This document shows, piece by piece, positions 12,201 to 25,600 of a stretch of 64,000 bases of DNA. Source of the stretch: Saccostrea cucullata (Eukaryota); contig NW_026927214.1 of NCBI RefSeq assembly GCF_032062105.1, forward strand, positions 1 through 64,000, read 5' to 3'. The position numbers and the translations under genes are program-made. Each line of letters opens with the position of its first letter. Position 1 is the stretch's first letter. The notes under the pieces are model-generated. The model worked only from the letters and a program-made list of their open reading frames with translations, was not told the origin of the DNA and made no database searches.

Positions 12201-14245
12201 CTGGGCTTAGAAAACCGACATTAAATTGACACATTGATGTTATCTGGCTTGGGTTTGACAATCCAGTTTGATGTTATCCTGTCATTTGGTATGCCGTATT
12301 GCCCATGTGGAGGTATCACACGAAGTTCTATATCAGCAATTCTAACCGAAAAAATCTGATAAATTGTATGCAGGTACACGGTCAATCCGGGTATCGGGCC
12401 ATGTAACGAATTCGAATAAACTGCCACCTTTATTTCCGTGTGCATTATGTCTGTTAGTCAGGGAAGCGTACAAGAGAACAAAATGACTGCACCAGAGCGG
12501 GTCATTCATAAAATGAGACCATTGTTTTAGGAGTGGAATTTAATTCATGTAAATATGGGCCATGAAAACAAATATTTAGTCCACATTAGTACCAACCTAT
12601 TTTTTTATGCTTTTTTATATGAAAAAATATGATTACCATTTTTCGTAACAAGACAAACGTACCTGCACGCATAAGTTGATGCCTAACACAAAATATCTCG
12701 AGGTTACATTTTTCATTTACATTTTTCATATATTTACAAATTTTTCTTAAGAATTCAATTTGTATGAGAAATATAAAAACAGAAAATATTATAGTGTCAA
12801 AGCAATTCCTTTTTTCGATTTTATATCCTTTTATGACTTGTTAATTGATTTATATTTCATTATATCAAAAGCCTTCATGCGCTCGGTGACATTTACTTCA
12901 AAATAATAGTTAACTCTTTCTTTCCGTACATATGGCGTCATAATCAAAAACAGTTAAAGAACTTAATTAAATATACCTAAGTTTATTGTTGGTATTTTTG
13001 TCATAAAACTAAATTCCTTTTTTTCGAATTATGACTTGTTAATTGATTTATATTTCTACAAAAGCCTTTAAGTTAACTCTTTCTTTCCTTAGATAATCAA
13101 AAACAGAGAAACCTAATATTGTTGGTATTTTTGGAATACTATGGGTGGTACTGTTTAACACCTCTGTTTTGATTTTAATTTTTGAGTACATTTTCCAGGT
13201 GTTTTAGCTTATTTTTGCTCTCTGTAACCTGTTTTAGCGTTCTGAAGCACAATTCAAGATAGCATGTTAATCTAAGAATACCGGTGATGTTTTAAAAATA
13301 AGCTGTTTTCCGTGCTAATGAGGAAAGAGAAGCACGAATAAAGAATTTTATGCCTTGCATTCCTACAATTAGTGCTGTACATCTAGAACCCATTATTCTT
13401 TGATTACCGCTGTGTAAATTTTCTCGTGTTTTCCGAGTTTGTTGCAAACTTGGGGAAAGGAGATGTGCTGCAGAACCAAGGTTTCAATTTGTAAAATTCT
13501 ATAATTTAACTAAACATGTACTAAACAAACTATAAATCGAATAAAACATTTTAATATCAGAATCTTGATTTGCGTGTTTGAGAAATTGAATTGAAATTAG
13601 GAAAATGTCATTTAAATGTAAACTGCAGAAACCTTCTTAACTTTGACATTTGACATTTCGACTCATTAAAACATTTACACGTATAAATGCCTTCTGTTTT
13701 AGAAAGGCGTCTTCCTCAATACTTGATCTTTTTACCCGCATACCATGGCGTCTACGATTTGATGGTCTTTTTTTATGGAGTCAAAGGATTTCTTGTCAAG
13801 TAAAATGTTTATTTTTTCTTTCTTTTCAAGTTTTTTCAAACAATTTACTTGCGATAGGCCTTGGGCTTGTCTACTAATAAAGTTTCCTTGCTCACATTTA
13901 ACAAATTTTCAACATAAATCTTGTCAAATTCAGGGAATTAACACAGCTACATGCACAGATACATGTTGGCTTCATTTGCTTAATTTATTACGCGTAACGA
14001 AGAAGAGACATTTAGAAAATTGCTACTTTAATAGTGAAAATAATCGATTAAAATTAAATTGGTTTTTATATATACCGATTTTCCGTTTCATATTCAGCAG
14101 AAGTATAAATGTCATATTAACTTAAACAATGGCTCCATAATTCATGACTTTGAATTTTCTATCATTATTCATTTTTTTTGACACTGTGTGTAATATACTT
14201 ACCTGTACAAAAAACAGCCAAACTAAGGAAGACTAGCAATCTCAT
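6293..14245 (-). CDS. Secreted serine beta-lactamase/PBP-fold protein with five C-terminal BTRD1-like (polyglycine-hydrolase-like) repeats; exons 14245-14203 and 8271-6293, ~673 aa
   Basis: Exon 1 encodes MRLLVFLSLAVFCT with donor G|GTAAGT (phase 1). It joins in frame at a TTTTTTCAG acceptor (8271) to AGTLPSADF. SxxK motif SFSK at 8095-8084; also LLRHTGG and F-PG...SNLGY. The ORF-track N-terminus (8272-8413) is intronic. Confidence 0.85.
8370..8700 (+). mobile_element. 3' fragment of a Penelope-like (Naiad-type) retroelement
   Basis: Translates ...QEYQQSRLKSSVRKFYGRYNELV...LTDVFHT, followed by the conserved CGGCGG.TGTGACCGGTCGGCAGGG...GGCACCTG motif. Confidence 0.75.
10570..10900. mobile_element. 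Degenerate (CGATG/CATCG)-rich foldback element, same family as 61342-62471
   Basis: Shares GTTCAC.ATCGCAC and GCGATAGTGAAC...CCTATCCAGATT ends with the element at 61342-62471. Confidence 0.6.
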
Positions 14246-16480
14246 TTTAGCGCATATTCCAAGTAGAAAGAAAAAGTATTACTAAAACGTTTTAATCCCA
14301 AAACACAGTAAAATCCCCAATTTAGACAGAGAAGGAAGTCACACCATTGTTTCTTAATTATCCATTGAAGTAATTAACTATTTTCCAACATAATGCGAAG
14401 AAGCTGTGCAGTGTTTGTAAGATTTCACGCTTGTTACATGTGAGATATGATAATATGCATATTGGTCACGTGGTCTTTACGGAACTGTGGACCAAACCAT
14501 TCACAAAAGAGCTACATACCACAGAAGAAAGATTTAACAAACCATTGAGCAGTTCAACAGTTGACTGGGAACAAAAATTAACTGGGGCATTTAAAGTTTG
14601 TCTAATGTGTTTTTGCCAGTAGTATGGTCTCCTTGAAGATGTACATTGTATATAATACTGGTGCTAAAGAAGAGTCATTACAGACATAGAAAACAAGTTT
14701 TTTTCTGACGGCAGACTGTATCAAACAGCACCTGTTATTTGTAGTCTAAACACTTGCAACATACTGCATTTTTTTTCTTAATCCAGTGTTATCCATGTTC
14801 ATTTTTTTCAATGAAAAAAACTCTTTTAATCGATAGAATAGAAGGTGATAATCATGGTAATCTCTAAATGTTCTCTAAGTATGATAACCTTATATTTGTA
14901 CAGTATTGCATGCCAAATTGCGCAGACCATGCGATCTCACATTTATGTGAATTTACTGTGCATAATACACAAAAGACAACCTTTTTCAGTTCATTAACTT
15001 GGTTAAAAAAGAGCATAAAGTCTGGAGAAGGGTACACGCAATGTTTGAGGGGATACAATGTACCCCCTCAATCGAGCAGAGCGGTGTGTTGGTAAGACAC
15101 CGTACGACTCGCAAGAGAAGTACCTAAGTGAGTCGATAATGCATCCATTACTTAGGTTATTTTGACCCAGTTCTAACTTTTCAATTGACTTAAATTTAAA
15201 GAAGTAAAAATACTTTACATTCAATTTGCTTAGAGACTGATACGAAGTGCACCAATTATTTATACATAATTTTTATACAATGTATACGACATTCTTGTCA
15301 AAAGAACTGACGACACGGTCCTGGATTTTTATATCATTTGTGATATACCAAATAATGATTGTTATTAAAAATGTATAAACATAAAAATATGTTTTATCAG
15401 AAATCCAACTGTATTATGCCAATTGTATTTTCAAAATATTAGAAATGAGCACTGAACAAAAATATTAAATTGGAGCTTTTTCCCTCTTTATATCTTGTAA
15501 AGATCGTAATTTCAAGAAAGGTGTGGTTTTTGTCGAAAAGGAGAGAAAGACGTTATTTGTATAGGCCGGCGATTGTGCATTATATCAGTATCAGCGGTGA
15601 GAAAAGCGTGAATGTTGTAAGGTTATCTGCAGGTAATTACAAAAATACCTGGTCAGGTATCCGACAAAGCGCAACTCTATGTTTCCATTACTCCACCCTA
15701 TTTAATGTGGGTCTGCATATAGGAGCTGAAATTACAGATACGGCTTTCTTCGATATAGATATTTTTCGTAATTGTTTCTTTCTGAGGTATTTTGCTCAAG
15801 TATACTTCTGGATCTTTTAAAGGTCATGTCGACCGAAAGAAATGTTAAGGATAATTTTAAAAGGATTTTTGAAAGAGTTACTTACTCGAGTTGGATTTTT
15901 TTCTGCAATAGAATTTCAATTGCATATGTGCCAGGCATAAGGTACCTCAATTCAATCAAATGAAGTAGACTGAAGATACGTGTTGTATAGGGGATAGATT
16001 TAATTCAAATCACAAATCGAGAGGTGTACTATTAATATACAACCTGGAGACAACAGAGCCATTATAAAGCATTCTAAAAGACTAAAATAAATTGATAAAA
16101 ATGCAGTAATTTAATTTTTCAAGTCTGAATCCAACAAATTGTTACAATTGCAATTTGGGTTAAGCATGTGCATGTATGTTACATTTTGGAGTGTATAGCA
16201 CCTAGTGGTAAAACCAACAATACCGCTAACTAATTTATACCTAAAGGTACACAAAAATGATAATATTTTAAAACTTTGATACTGGAGAGATGCCATGAAA
16301 ATTTGGTATGCTCAACAGCCTCAACTGTTCGTTGACTTTGACCTCATCATACGTAGATCTAGCTGTGGGGTCGTCATCTTACTGGTAAATAAAAATGGAC
16401 AACCAGAAACCAGCGCGCAGCTAATATAAATTGTCCGTGCACTGTGCGAAAATGAAAATTTTAACGCAAATATTGAATTC

Positions 16481-16496
16481 TTTTTTTGGCTCACCT

Positions 16497-16537
<41 letters not shown>

Positions 16538-16558
16538 GCTGTCGTCGTTGGTGTCGTC

Positions 16559-16635
<77 letters not shown>

Positions 16636-16645
16636 AGTGTCCTTA

Positions 16646-16688
<43 letters not shown>

Positions 16689-17452
16689 CTTCCAAGGGGA
16701 GATAATAATGAATTAGTGAAAAATTAAATCTTCTTCTCAAGAACCACTGGGCCAGGAAAGATGAAACTCATGTGGAAGCATCCTTAGATAGTGTATATTC
16801 AAATTTGTTCAAATCATGACCCCCGGGGGTAGGGTGGGGCCACAATGGCCGACCAAAGTTTTACATAGGAGTATATAGGGAAAATCTTTAAAAATCTTCT
16901 TCTCAATAACCACTGGGCCAGGAAAGATGACACTCATGTGGAAGCATCCTCAGATAGTGTAGATTCAAGTTTGTTCAAATCATGACCCCCGGGGGTAGGG
17001 TGGGGCCACAATGGCCGACCAAATTTTTACATAGGAGTATATAGGAAAAAATCTATAAAAAATCCTCTTCTCAAGAACCATTGAGACAGGAAAGATGAAA
17101 CTCATGTGAAATTATCCTCAGGTAGTGTAGATTTAAGTTTATTCAAATCATGACCCCTGGGGGTAGGGTGGGGCCACAATGGCCGACCAAAGTTTTACAT
17201 AGGAATATATAGGGAAACCTTTTAAAATCTTCTTTTCAAGTACTTCAAAGCCATGATTAGTAATATTTATATGGAATCATCCTCAGGTAGTGTAGATTCT
17301 AGTTTGTTCAAATCATGATCCTCTGGGGTGTTAAAATTCAAGTCCCCCTCCCCCCCCCCCCAACCTCAGTAAACTTTAAGTTCTGATCTGATATGTGCTT
17401 TCTCCTAGCTGAATATGCTCAGGTGAGCGCTGTGGCCCTTGGGCCTCTTGTT
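16481..17452 (+). mobile_element. Non-autonomous Helentron (HINE) with internal ~167-bp Cg170-like satellite array
   Basis: Subterminal inverted repeat GCTCACCTGA...TCAGGTGAGC, (GTC)n microsatellite, ~4 units of ~167 bp, 3' hairpin GGCCC-TT-GGGCC, T-rich flanks. Confidence 0.85.
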
Positions 17453-17728
17453 TTTAATGCTTTTTTTTTGAAAATTTTCGTACATACAAAAGGACAAAAA
17501 ATAGACACACTAACACACCCTCACACACCACACGCACTATATGGAATTCAGTCCATTTTGAGAGTGTTTTATACATTTTGGGTTATAACTTTTTGAATTT
17601 ATTGTATGCTAAAAATCAAGCCCAATTTCAACATTCATGATAAATGAATAAATGTTTGTAAATGAATCAAATACAAATCCTCTAACATTATTTTAATATG
17701 TGTATTTAGACAGTTGGAATCTGAGACG

Positions 17729-17736
17729 TGACGTCA
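17729..17736. promoter_or_regulatory. Full CRE palindrome TGACGTCA immediately before the RBIS ATG
   Basis: Exact motif ending 3 nt upstream of ATG 17740; function inferred. Confidence 0.4.
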
Positions 17737-17739
17737 TCC

Positions 17740-18552
17740 ATGGGCAAAAGTAAACAGAAAGGAAGCGGAACCGGAAAGAGAGATTCCGCCGTGTTCAAAG
17801 TAGCCGGTGTCCGGAAACCCAAGATCAAATCCGTCAACACCAATCTTAAAAAGGTTCGTAAAATATTTTCTGTCTTTTAAACTCATCTGTGCCAAAGGTT
17901 TTTGATCAAAATTGTGCCTCCTCTTTTAAGGGGGAGAAAATTAAGAATTAGTGAACAATTATAATACTTTTTTCCCCGAGAGTTCCATTGGCCACATCGC
18001 TCATCGGAGTCACTTTGCCCAAGCATATTTAAATTTCCCTCGTTATTATAAATATTTTAACTCCATATATGGACCAAAAGGTTAGATCTGAGTTCCAGAA
18101 TATATAGAGTAATTTTTTTAAAGTTATTAAAAAGGGAAATTTAAATGAAATCAGCTGCTGAAGGACTGCAGGATCAAAGCGAGTCAGGCGAGTGTTATGT
18201 CCCATGGATCTCTTGTTTAACAAGTAAGGGATCTAAAATGTCACTGATTCAAAATTGTTTTTTTAGCTGAATTTCAAAAATAAACAGAAAACTGAAGAAT
18301 CCAACAAAGTCTTCAACTCTGTGCAAAGAGCCATCACTGAGACCACAAAACCTGTGAAACAAGCGCCAAAGAAACAGGTAAACTGAAGACTTAATAGTCT
18401 GGGGATCTAGATGTGGAAATAAACATTTCAGTCTCATTGCTCAATAGCATTACTTTTAATTTTTTATTTCCGTTTTCCACTTTTAGTCATCCACTGCCAG
18501 TAAACCGTTACCAGACATGGAGGAAACGGCAAAACAGTTTGCTCAGCTCTAA
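17740..18552 (+). CDS. RBIS: Ribosomal biogenesis factor (C8orf59 homologue); exons 17740-17853, 18267-18377, 18487-18552; 96 aa
   Basis: Three phase-0 GT-AG exons give MGKSKQKGSGTGKRDSAVFKVAGVRKPKIKSVNTNLKK-LNFKNKQKTEESNKVFNSVQRAITETTKPVKQAPKKQ-SSTASKPLPDMEETAKQFAQL*. This matches the RBIS pattern VF.....K.V.TNLKK.N..N..K....NK.F..VQ. AATAAA at ~18641. Confidence 0.9.
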
Positions 18553-19703
18553 CGGTACAAAGAGAGATAACTCTGACTCGTCCACTGAACTCGAGGAAAA
18601 GAAACACAGAACTTTTTTTTTTTTTTTTACCACGGAATGTAATAAATAAATGCTCCTGGCAGACAATACAAATGACTAAAATTACATTCATCTATAATAT
18701 AAACAAGAAACATGACAATTTTAATGTACATATCATCAAGATATTATAGTACATTGTATATACATTCTCTAAAGGAATTAAAGTGAAAAAATCTTTGGTG
18801 TATTTTTTTTCAACAATGAAAACAAAATCTTGTAGATCTGCTAATATTATGCACCTTGTACTTTATGAAATCCAAAATAAAATCTTGTCATCAACCTGAT
18901 TGATATATGGCATTTATTGTGTTTAACATACAAAAAAAATTACCAGGTAGAACCTAATTTAAAAAAATCAGAATCCACATGGAATACACTACTGAACAGT
19001 TGATCAAATTTTCACCTGATCTAAGATACATCATGTGATTTTCATATATTCATGTATAGTTTGACCAAAAAAAACCTATAACTTAGTGCAGTACATATCA
19101 GTATATTACTGTAATATCAACTTTTGGTATTATGATATTATGTAACAAAATTATTGTGGATTTTTTTTTATATTTTGCATTTTGCAAAAAAAAAGTTTTC
19201 AAGTGTATGTTTGCCTTAAATATGTTTAATGGAAACCATGTAAATTTTTCAGATTATTTGTGTTTGACAATAGGAATAAAGCAACACCATAAGTAAATAA
19301 ATATCCTAAGTTTCTTCTGACAAACCTTGCAGCATATTGAGACATTAGCTCAGTCATTCAAGTACAGTCACCTAGAACAATAACAAATTCATCAATCTTC
19401 ATCAAAGGCAAGAGAGAAAAAATACTGTCCCCCGACACTATAAAATCAACAAGGGCTGTAACTCCTGAAATTTTCCTTGCTCATGGTCTGGAGTACCTTA
19501 AGTTGTCAAGTATGCTATCTACTTATCTTTGTTAACAATTTACATCAAAACCTGATCTTTGGGCCAGGATAAAATGGCAGGAGTAGCAGACATTTTGATT
19601 TAATAGTTTAGTGTTACAATTTTTCTTAATTTAATGATTTCATTTGGGACATTTCTTAAATGTTGACTGTCTAATGTTTACAAAATCATACATAACACAC
19701 AAT

Positions 19704-20232
19704 AACAAGATGTGATTGTGAAACACTGATGCCCCTGTATGACAGCTTATGGCAACCGTTCAAGTTTCTCAGATGCAAGTCTCTAAGATCAAAATTATTG
19801 GTATCCAAAGGAAGGTCTAAATGTCATTAGGAATTAATATACCTGTGGAATACAAAAACCCTAGTACTGATTGTTTAAAAGTTTTGGTCAAGGTTAAAGT
19901 TTATTAAAAGTAGGTCAAACTCTAAGATCAAGGTCAAAAATATTAATATCCATTGAAAGGTAAATACACATGTAAAGTATGAAAGCACTAGCACTAAGGT
20001 CAAGGTTAAAGTTCTGAAATTCTTTTTATAAAAGTGGGTCAAAGTAAAGAGGTCGAATAGTGTGGCACCCGAAGAAAGGTCTTGTCACAAGGAATAAACC
20101 TGTGAAATATGAAAGCCATTATAGCTTCACTGTGGCCAAGGTTAAAGTTTTTGCAGCCAAATAGACAGACAGATGGACAGGGCAAAAACTACCTGTATAT
20201 ACCCCTGAATCTTCGATTATGGGAGCATAAAA
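19704..20232 (-). mobile_element. HINE-type non-autonomous element (second family, CAAGGTCAA-rich core)
   Basis: AACAAGATGTG...GAAACAC end, GACA microsatellite, GCATAAAAA end; same layout as 37818-38702 and 42170-45552. Confidence 0.7.
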
Positions 20233-22660
20233 ATATCTGGATTTCAAATGAATATAAATGCATATCACTTAATTATCTATAAAGGATTTCTCTTGTTCAT
20301 ATATTAGTACTAAAACATTGAAATCTGACCATCATGTGCAAAACAATTATCTGAATGCAATTTAATTTAGATGAAAAAAAAAGATTTTGTGTAATAATGA
20401 AACGACCTAATAGGCATTTTTTTTAACAATTTGTTTCCTTTAAAGCCCAAATCTGTAAAATGAAAATTAATGAATTTCATTTCAATTAAGATTTTCTTAC
20501 TCTTATCCATAAGCACAGTTTCAAAATTATAGGGACATAACACACCAAAAAACAAGAACCTGGGTTATCAAAGATTGTTAGCTCACTTCAATGAATGGTG
20601 TCTAAGTAAGGCAAAGATCCACACTAAACTAATAATCCTTAGGAGTAACATTTATACAATTCTTGTCCTTGAAGAGCTTGCAGTTACTTGCAGTGTTAAA
20701 AATATTAAATTAGTCACTCATCAAGAATATGCAGACCTAGAATACAAAGCAGGTCTATTAGTGAATCAGCCAGGTGTTTCATCCAGGTGAGCCTCACAGT
20801 AACTTGGAACAGATCTCTTCAAAATACAAACTTAAACCTGGTCCCAAGACCACACACTGAGAAAAAGCCAAACCAAAATAACCTTTGAAATAATTTTGAT
20901 AAAGATACAAAATTTCAACATGAGATTGATTTAAATGCTATAAAATGCAATGTTTTAAGTAAATACACAGATTAAAACTAAAAATATGAAAAATGAAAAT
21001 TTTGATGCAAGTCTGTTTTCATTTTTGGACTTGGGGCCTGGCCACTCAGCTGGAAAGGGTACATTCAATCTAGCATCCAAAGTAAGTCAGGTTGTGTACC
21101 TCTTAGTTGTATCAGTAATGCCAATTTACTTTATGATGGGCCTAAAAATAAGTCCATGATGGGCCTAAAAAAAGTCCATGATTGGATGAACCTCTCCAAA
21201 ATGATTAACTTGGTCACTCACCCAGAAAATGTAGGTCAAATTCAGCAGCCAAAGAAAATCTGATAGTGTGCATCCCTAAATTGTGAATCCATAAAAGTTT
21301 GTTGCAGATAGGACTTAAAGAGCTTGTTCCAAAAAGATTCAACATTTTCACTCATCTGGAAAGGCAATATCAAAATTATCCAAAGAACCTATACTGGGCA
21401 TCCAAATAAAAGTTCCATGAAAGTTTGGTCCGGATAGGGATAGAAGTGGCACCAGAATGAGCCTGCTCCAAACCTTTCAGCATTATTACTCATCTGGAAA
21501 ATGTAGGTCAGATCCAGCCTCTTAATCAAACATGGTAGTGTACATCCTTTGATGCACCATCCATGTAACTTTGGCCAGGTGCTTTTGGTTACGGTACTTA
21601 ATGAAGCTGCTATGAAAACTTTAACCTGTTCACTCATCCAGGAATATAGGCAACTTTCGGCGTCCAAAACAAGTCTTGTAATGGGCATCCTAGAAAGTTT
21701 GGTCAATATAAATGTAATAGTTTCTTGGAGATGGGGACTTTCTTACTTTAATCTGAAGGTAATTTGGCTGAAAATGAAGTTACCAAAACCTGACTAGTGC
21801 AAGGAAACATGTCCATACATCTCTGTTCAAAACAGGCCACAGAAATACTTAAAAAGAAATCTGCTCCAAAACATTTAAGCTGGCACATGAATGGTATAAA
21901 CAGACTTAATTGAGATGAGCTAAAAATGGCTTGGAGCAACCAAAAAAAACTTTTTATTCACATGCGATAAAAATTGCAAAAAATATTTTAAAAAAACAAA
22001 ATGTGCACCCAAAAATCTGCCTACTTCTCTTTCTTCATCTTTTACTCCAGTTAGTATTATTCACAACAGTACACTCAATTTTTAAGAAGTTATGAAATAT
22101 AATTGAATTTGTATTTGCATGACTGTATGGCTGAATGCTTTTCATGTATAATGCATTCATATCTCAAATGATTGGGGGTGGTCAAAACAAATTATGGTAG
22201 GCTTATGTGCAGTGTACTTTAAGCAAGCATTTTAAAGGCATTCTGTCAAGAAAATAATATCACTTTAGAGCCTGGAGTTCATAATAAACTATTCCACAAA
22301 TATTTAACTGAACCAATAAAAAAGTTTTTATAAATACACTATGTGAAATGCTTTAAACCTCTGCATTTCTGATTATGTAAAGCTATATACATGTAAATTG
22401 TGTAGAATACATATGGTTGTGTAGAATATGTTGTAGATTGTATACAATATGTTGTGGATTGTGAAAATATATTATAGATTGTGTAAATATGATACACAAT
22501 GAATAGAACATGTTTGTAACTGGGTTACATTTGGACACAGGGCCATTTTTGATAGTTCTTGGCTGTTGCTTTTTTCATCAGGAAATTAATTCAGTTTAAC
22601 ACAGCTAATCACATTATGGCTTGCGTAGATTGATGCTTGTAAGCTTGTAGAAGGAACTTG

Positions 22661-25600
22661 TCACATAGGGATCCAGTCAGGCAAATAGTAGTCCTCTTTC
22701 TTAAATAAAGCGGCCAGACTGGAGTTGGGTGTAGGGTAGCCTTTATAGTAGATAGTTCTACCTTTGATTAGCCAAGCAGTCCACCAGCCGTAACTCCCAA
22801 CGGTCATCACAGCATGGTTACAGTTGGAGAGTATCGCCACGTCCATTTCAGGAGAATTACCCGGAGGAATGAATACAGTATCCTCCTTCTTCAGGTTCTC
22901 TCTACACCACTTCAGGTCATCAGACCCCACGACAAAGAGAACCTTGTTGTTGAAGTCTTTACGGAATTTGTTCATGGCTCTCTCGAGGTAATCAACACCA
23001 GCCGTTGTGTATCCGTAGTTCACAAAGTTTTTATTATTTTTCATGTCCCCTCTGCGAACATGAACAGCCACGAAGACAATGTCGGGGCTGATTTTCTTCT
23101 CTGATATTACAGACTGGAATGTGGATTTGGCTTTTAATGCTATGTGGTCTTGAAATGTATATTGTTTTCGGAGTTCCTTCTCTGCATGTTGAAAGTATTT
23201 CCAGCTCTGAAGGTAGCCTTTTATCCATACGTTCTGTGACCCACCCAGCGACATCAGGCCTGGCTCAAAGGTACAGCCCTTCTTCTCGTTATACCTTCTG
23301 TTCATTTGGATTTCAGGCCTTGTATTGCCGAGAGTAATTTTGAAAATTCTACGAAGCAGGGAATTGGGAGGAATAACAGGTATGAGATTATTATGCTTAG
23401 CAATCCCAAACATGGAGGCAAATTCAAATATTTGATTCCCGAGCCGTCCTTCAAAATTGACAGTAACGTAGTGTGTGGGGGCAGGCCTAGTGGTGATTGG
23501 TCGGCTGGGAGGCCTCGTTAATTGACTGGATTTATTACGTGCAGACAAAAATTTCATCTGGTAAATATCTTTGGCCTTTTCTGTCTTTGGTCTATTATTT
23601 AAAATGATTGAAGACTTGGAGAAGTTAAATTCCATCATAACAAATGCAGCTCCAAGGACAAACACAACACAAAGACATGCTGCACATCTTCTTAGAAAAT
23701 CTGAAAAATGAAAATAAAATATAAAGACATGCTGTGGATCTTCTTAGTAAATCTGAAATATACAAATAAATGGGACTTTGATCATTATTCTAAAAAGTCA
23801 ATATTTAATCTTTAAGTTAGCAAGAATTAATTTTAGTGAATTTGTGACAAATAGAAAGATAAAATTTCTGCTTATAAGGTTTATCATTACTTATCCAAGT
23901 TCTTTACATAAATGTTTATCTATTTTAATATTCAAGAGTTTTCTATAAATATGAGCTTATTCAGGGATTAGTGTCCTTTACTTTAAGAAAAAGAAAAGAG
24001 TAGAAGACCTAATTAATATGCCAGTGGAGAAGAAACAAGAGGCTCCTGGGTCACAATGCCCACCTGAGTAATTGTGGCCTTTCTTATTCATCAGCAGATT
24101 CTTTTTCCTAAGTATATATTTCCTATTTAAAAATTGATCATCCATTGTAGCCCTACACTATAAGTGGGTGTTATGATTTGAACAGATTTGAATCTAATTC
24201 ACTTATGGATGCTTTTTCTAAAAATAAATATGACAAATCATGACTTGGCTCTTCCATCGCAGGGCTCTAATTGGCAACTAATTTATCTGCCACGTTTCGT
24301 AATTTCTCCATATACATGTATTGGAGATCATCTTTAATTGAAAGAGCAGAAAAGAAGATATCTTGTTTTCTTTGTCATTGTTTGTTAGTTGACAGTTTGT
24401 CATTGCTTACTAAGTATCTCTATTAGGCAGTTGTAAAGACTTACTTGATGATATCAGGGTCATTTTCAAAAAAAGTCTATTTTTTGAATGACATATTTTG
24501 AAAAATGAAAGTGGTTTTACTATGATTTTTTCAACTTTACTTGAATAATATAGTAATAAACTACTAAAATCCACTGCATTGCATAAAAGAAAATATTTCT
24601 TTTAAAAAATATTGACATTTTATCTTACTCATTTAAACTTTAATGTCCTTCCTGTTACTTTCATAAAAAAGAGCTGTAAAACTCTATTTCAAAATTTTCA
24701 TCAAATTATCTTTTGTATACCGTTCATAAATGAAAAAATTATCATTGAATGCCAAGATGTTTGACATTCATCTAATATATGAGCGTTTAAAAGCATGTCA
24801 AACTACCATATACCAAACAGAAGCAAAATCTACGGGTTTTTCTTCATGAAAAGCCTTATTGCGGAATGTTTATATGCTATAGTTGAAAAAAAACATTCTT
24901 GTACATTATTTTTGTGATTAGAATAAACAGTTACAGAAAGTTATTTAAACAGGTGCTCTGCCAAAGCAATTTAAACTAGGAAAATATACTGGTAACAGTA
25001 AGGACACGGTTAACAGGAAGGACAAAACAGTAACAGGATGGACAAAACAGTGTAACAGGATGGACAATGAAATCTACATTTTAAATAAAAATTGACTTTT
25101 TTTAACTTTATTGGTTAGGAAAAGAGAAATAAATGTAGAATAAAAAAAATGATTTTGTCAAATCTGGCAAATTTGAGACAATAAAAGACATTTATGTCCA
25201 TCCTGTTACGAAATTTAATTCTAAAGTGCTATTAAAATATTTATCAGTTCAATTTTTGTTTATTAAAGGTACTCTATGCTGTTGCAAAACTAAGAATTTT
25301 TCATAATTTTAAGAAAAACAAATGATGAAACTTAAATAGGTATATAAATACCAGGATAATTTGTCCCTCCTGTTACAATTTTTGTCCATTCTGTTACAAG
25401 AGTGCATGTTTAAGTTATAATGGCACAATTTGAAGCACTAACTTATTTCAATATGATTTACGAAGTTTTTTAACATGTGTTATTAAACTTATATTACTTA
25501 GAAAAATAAAAGTAATTGTTTTTATTGTTAAAACTCAAGATATGAAGTCCAGTTTTCCTTACTGTTACCATATTAATGGTAACAGGAATGACAGTAACAG

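Noticed and set aside
12800-13135. Local duplication with multiple deletions
   Set aside because: Ordinary intronic duplication with no sign of function.
14430-16090. Short ORFs and coding-like sequence between the beta-lactamase-like gene and the HINE
   Set aside because: No recognisable motif or consistent splice model; possibly decayed TE.
21040-21800. Degenerate repeat (CACTCATCTGGAAA...CCAAA) and 105-aa ORF
   Set aside because: Too diverged to define a unit, and the ORF has no recognisable similarity.
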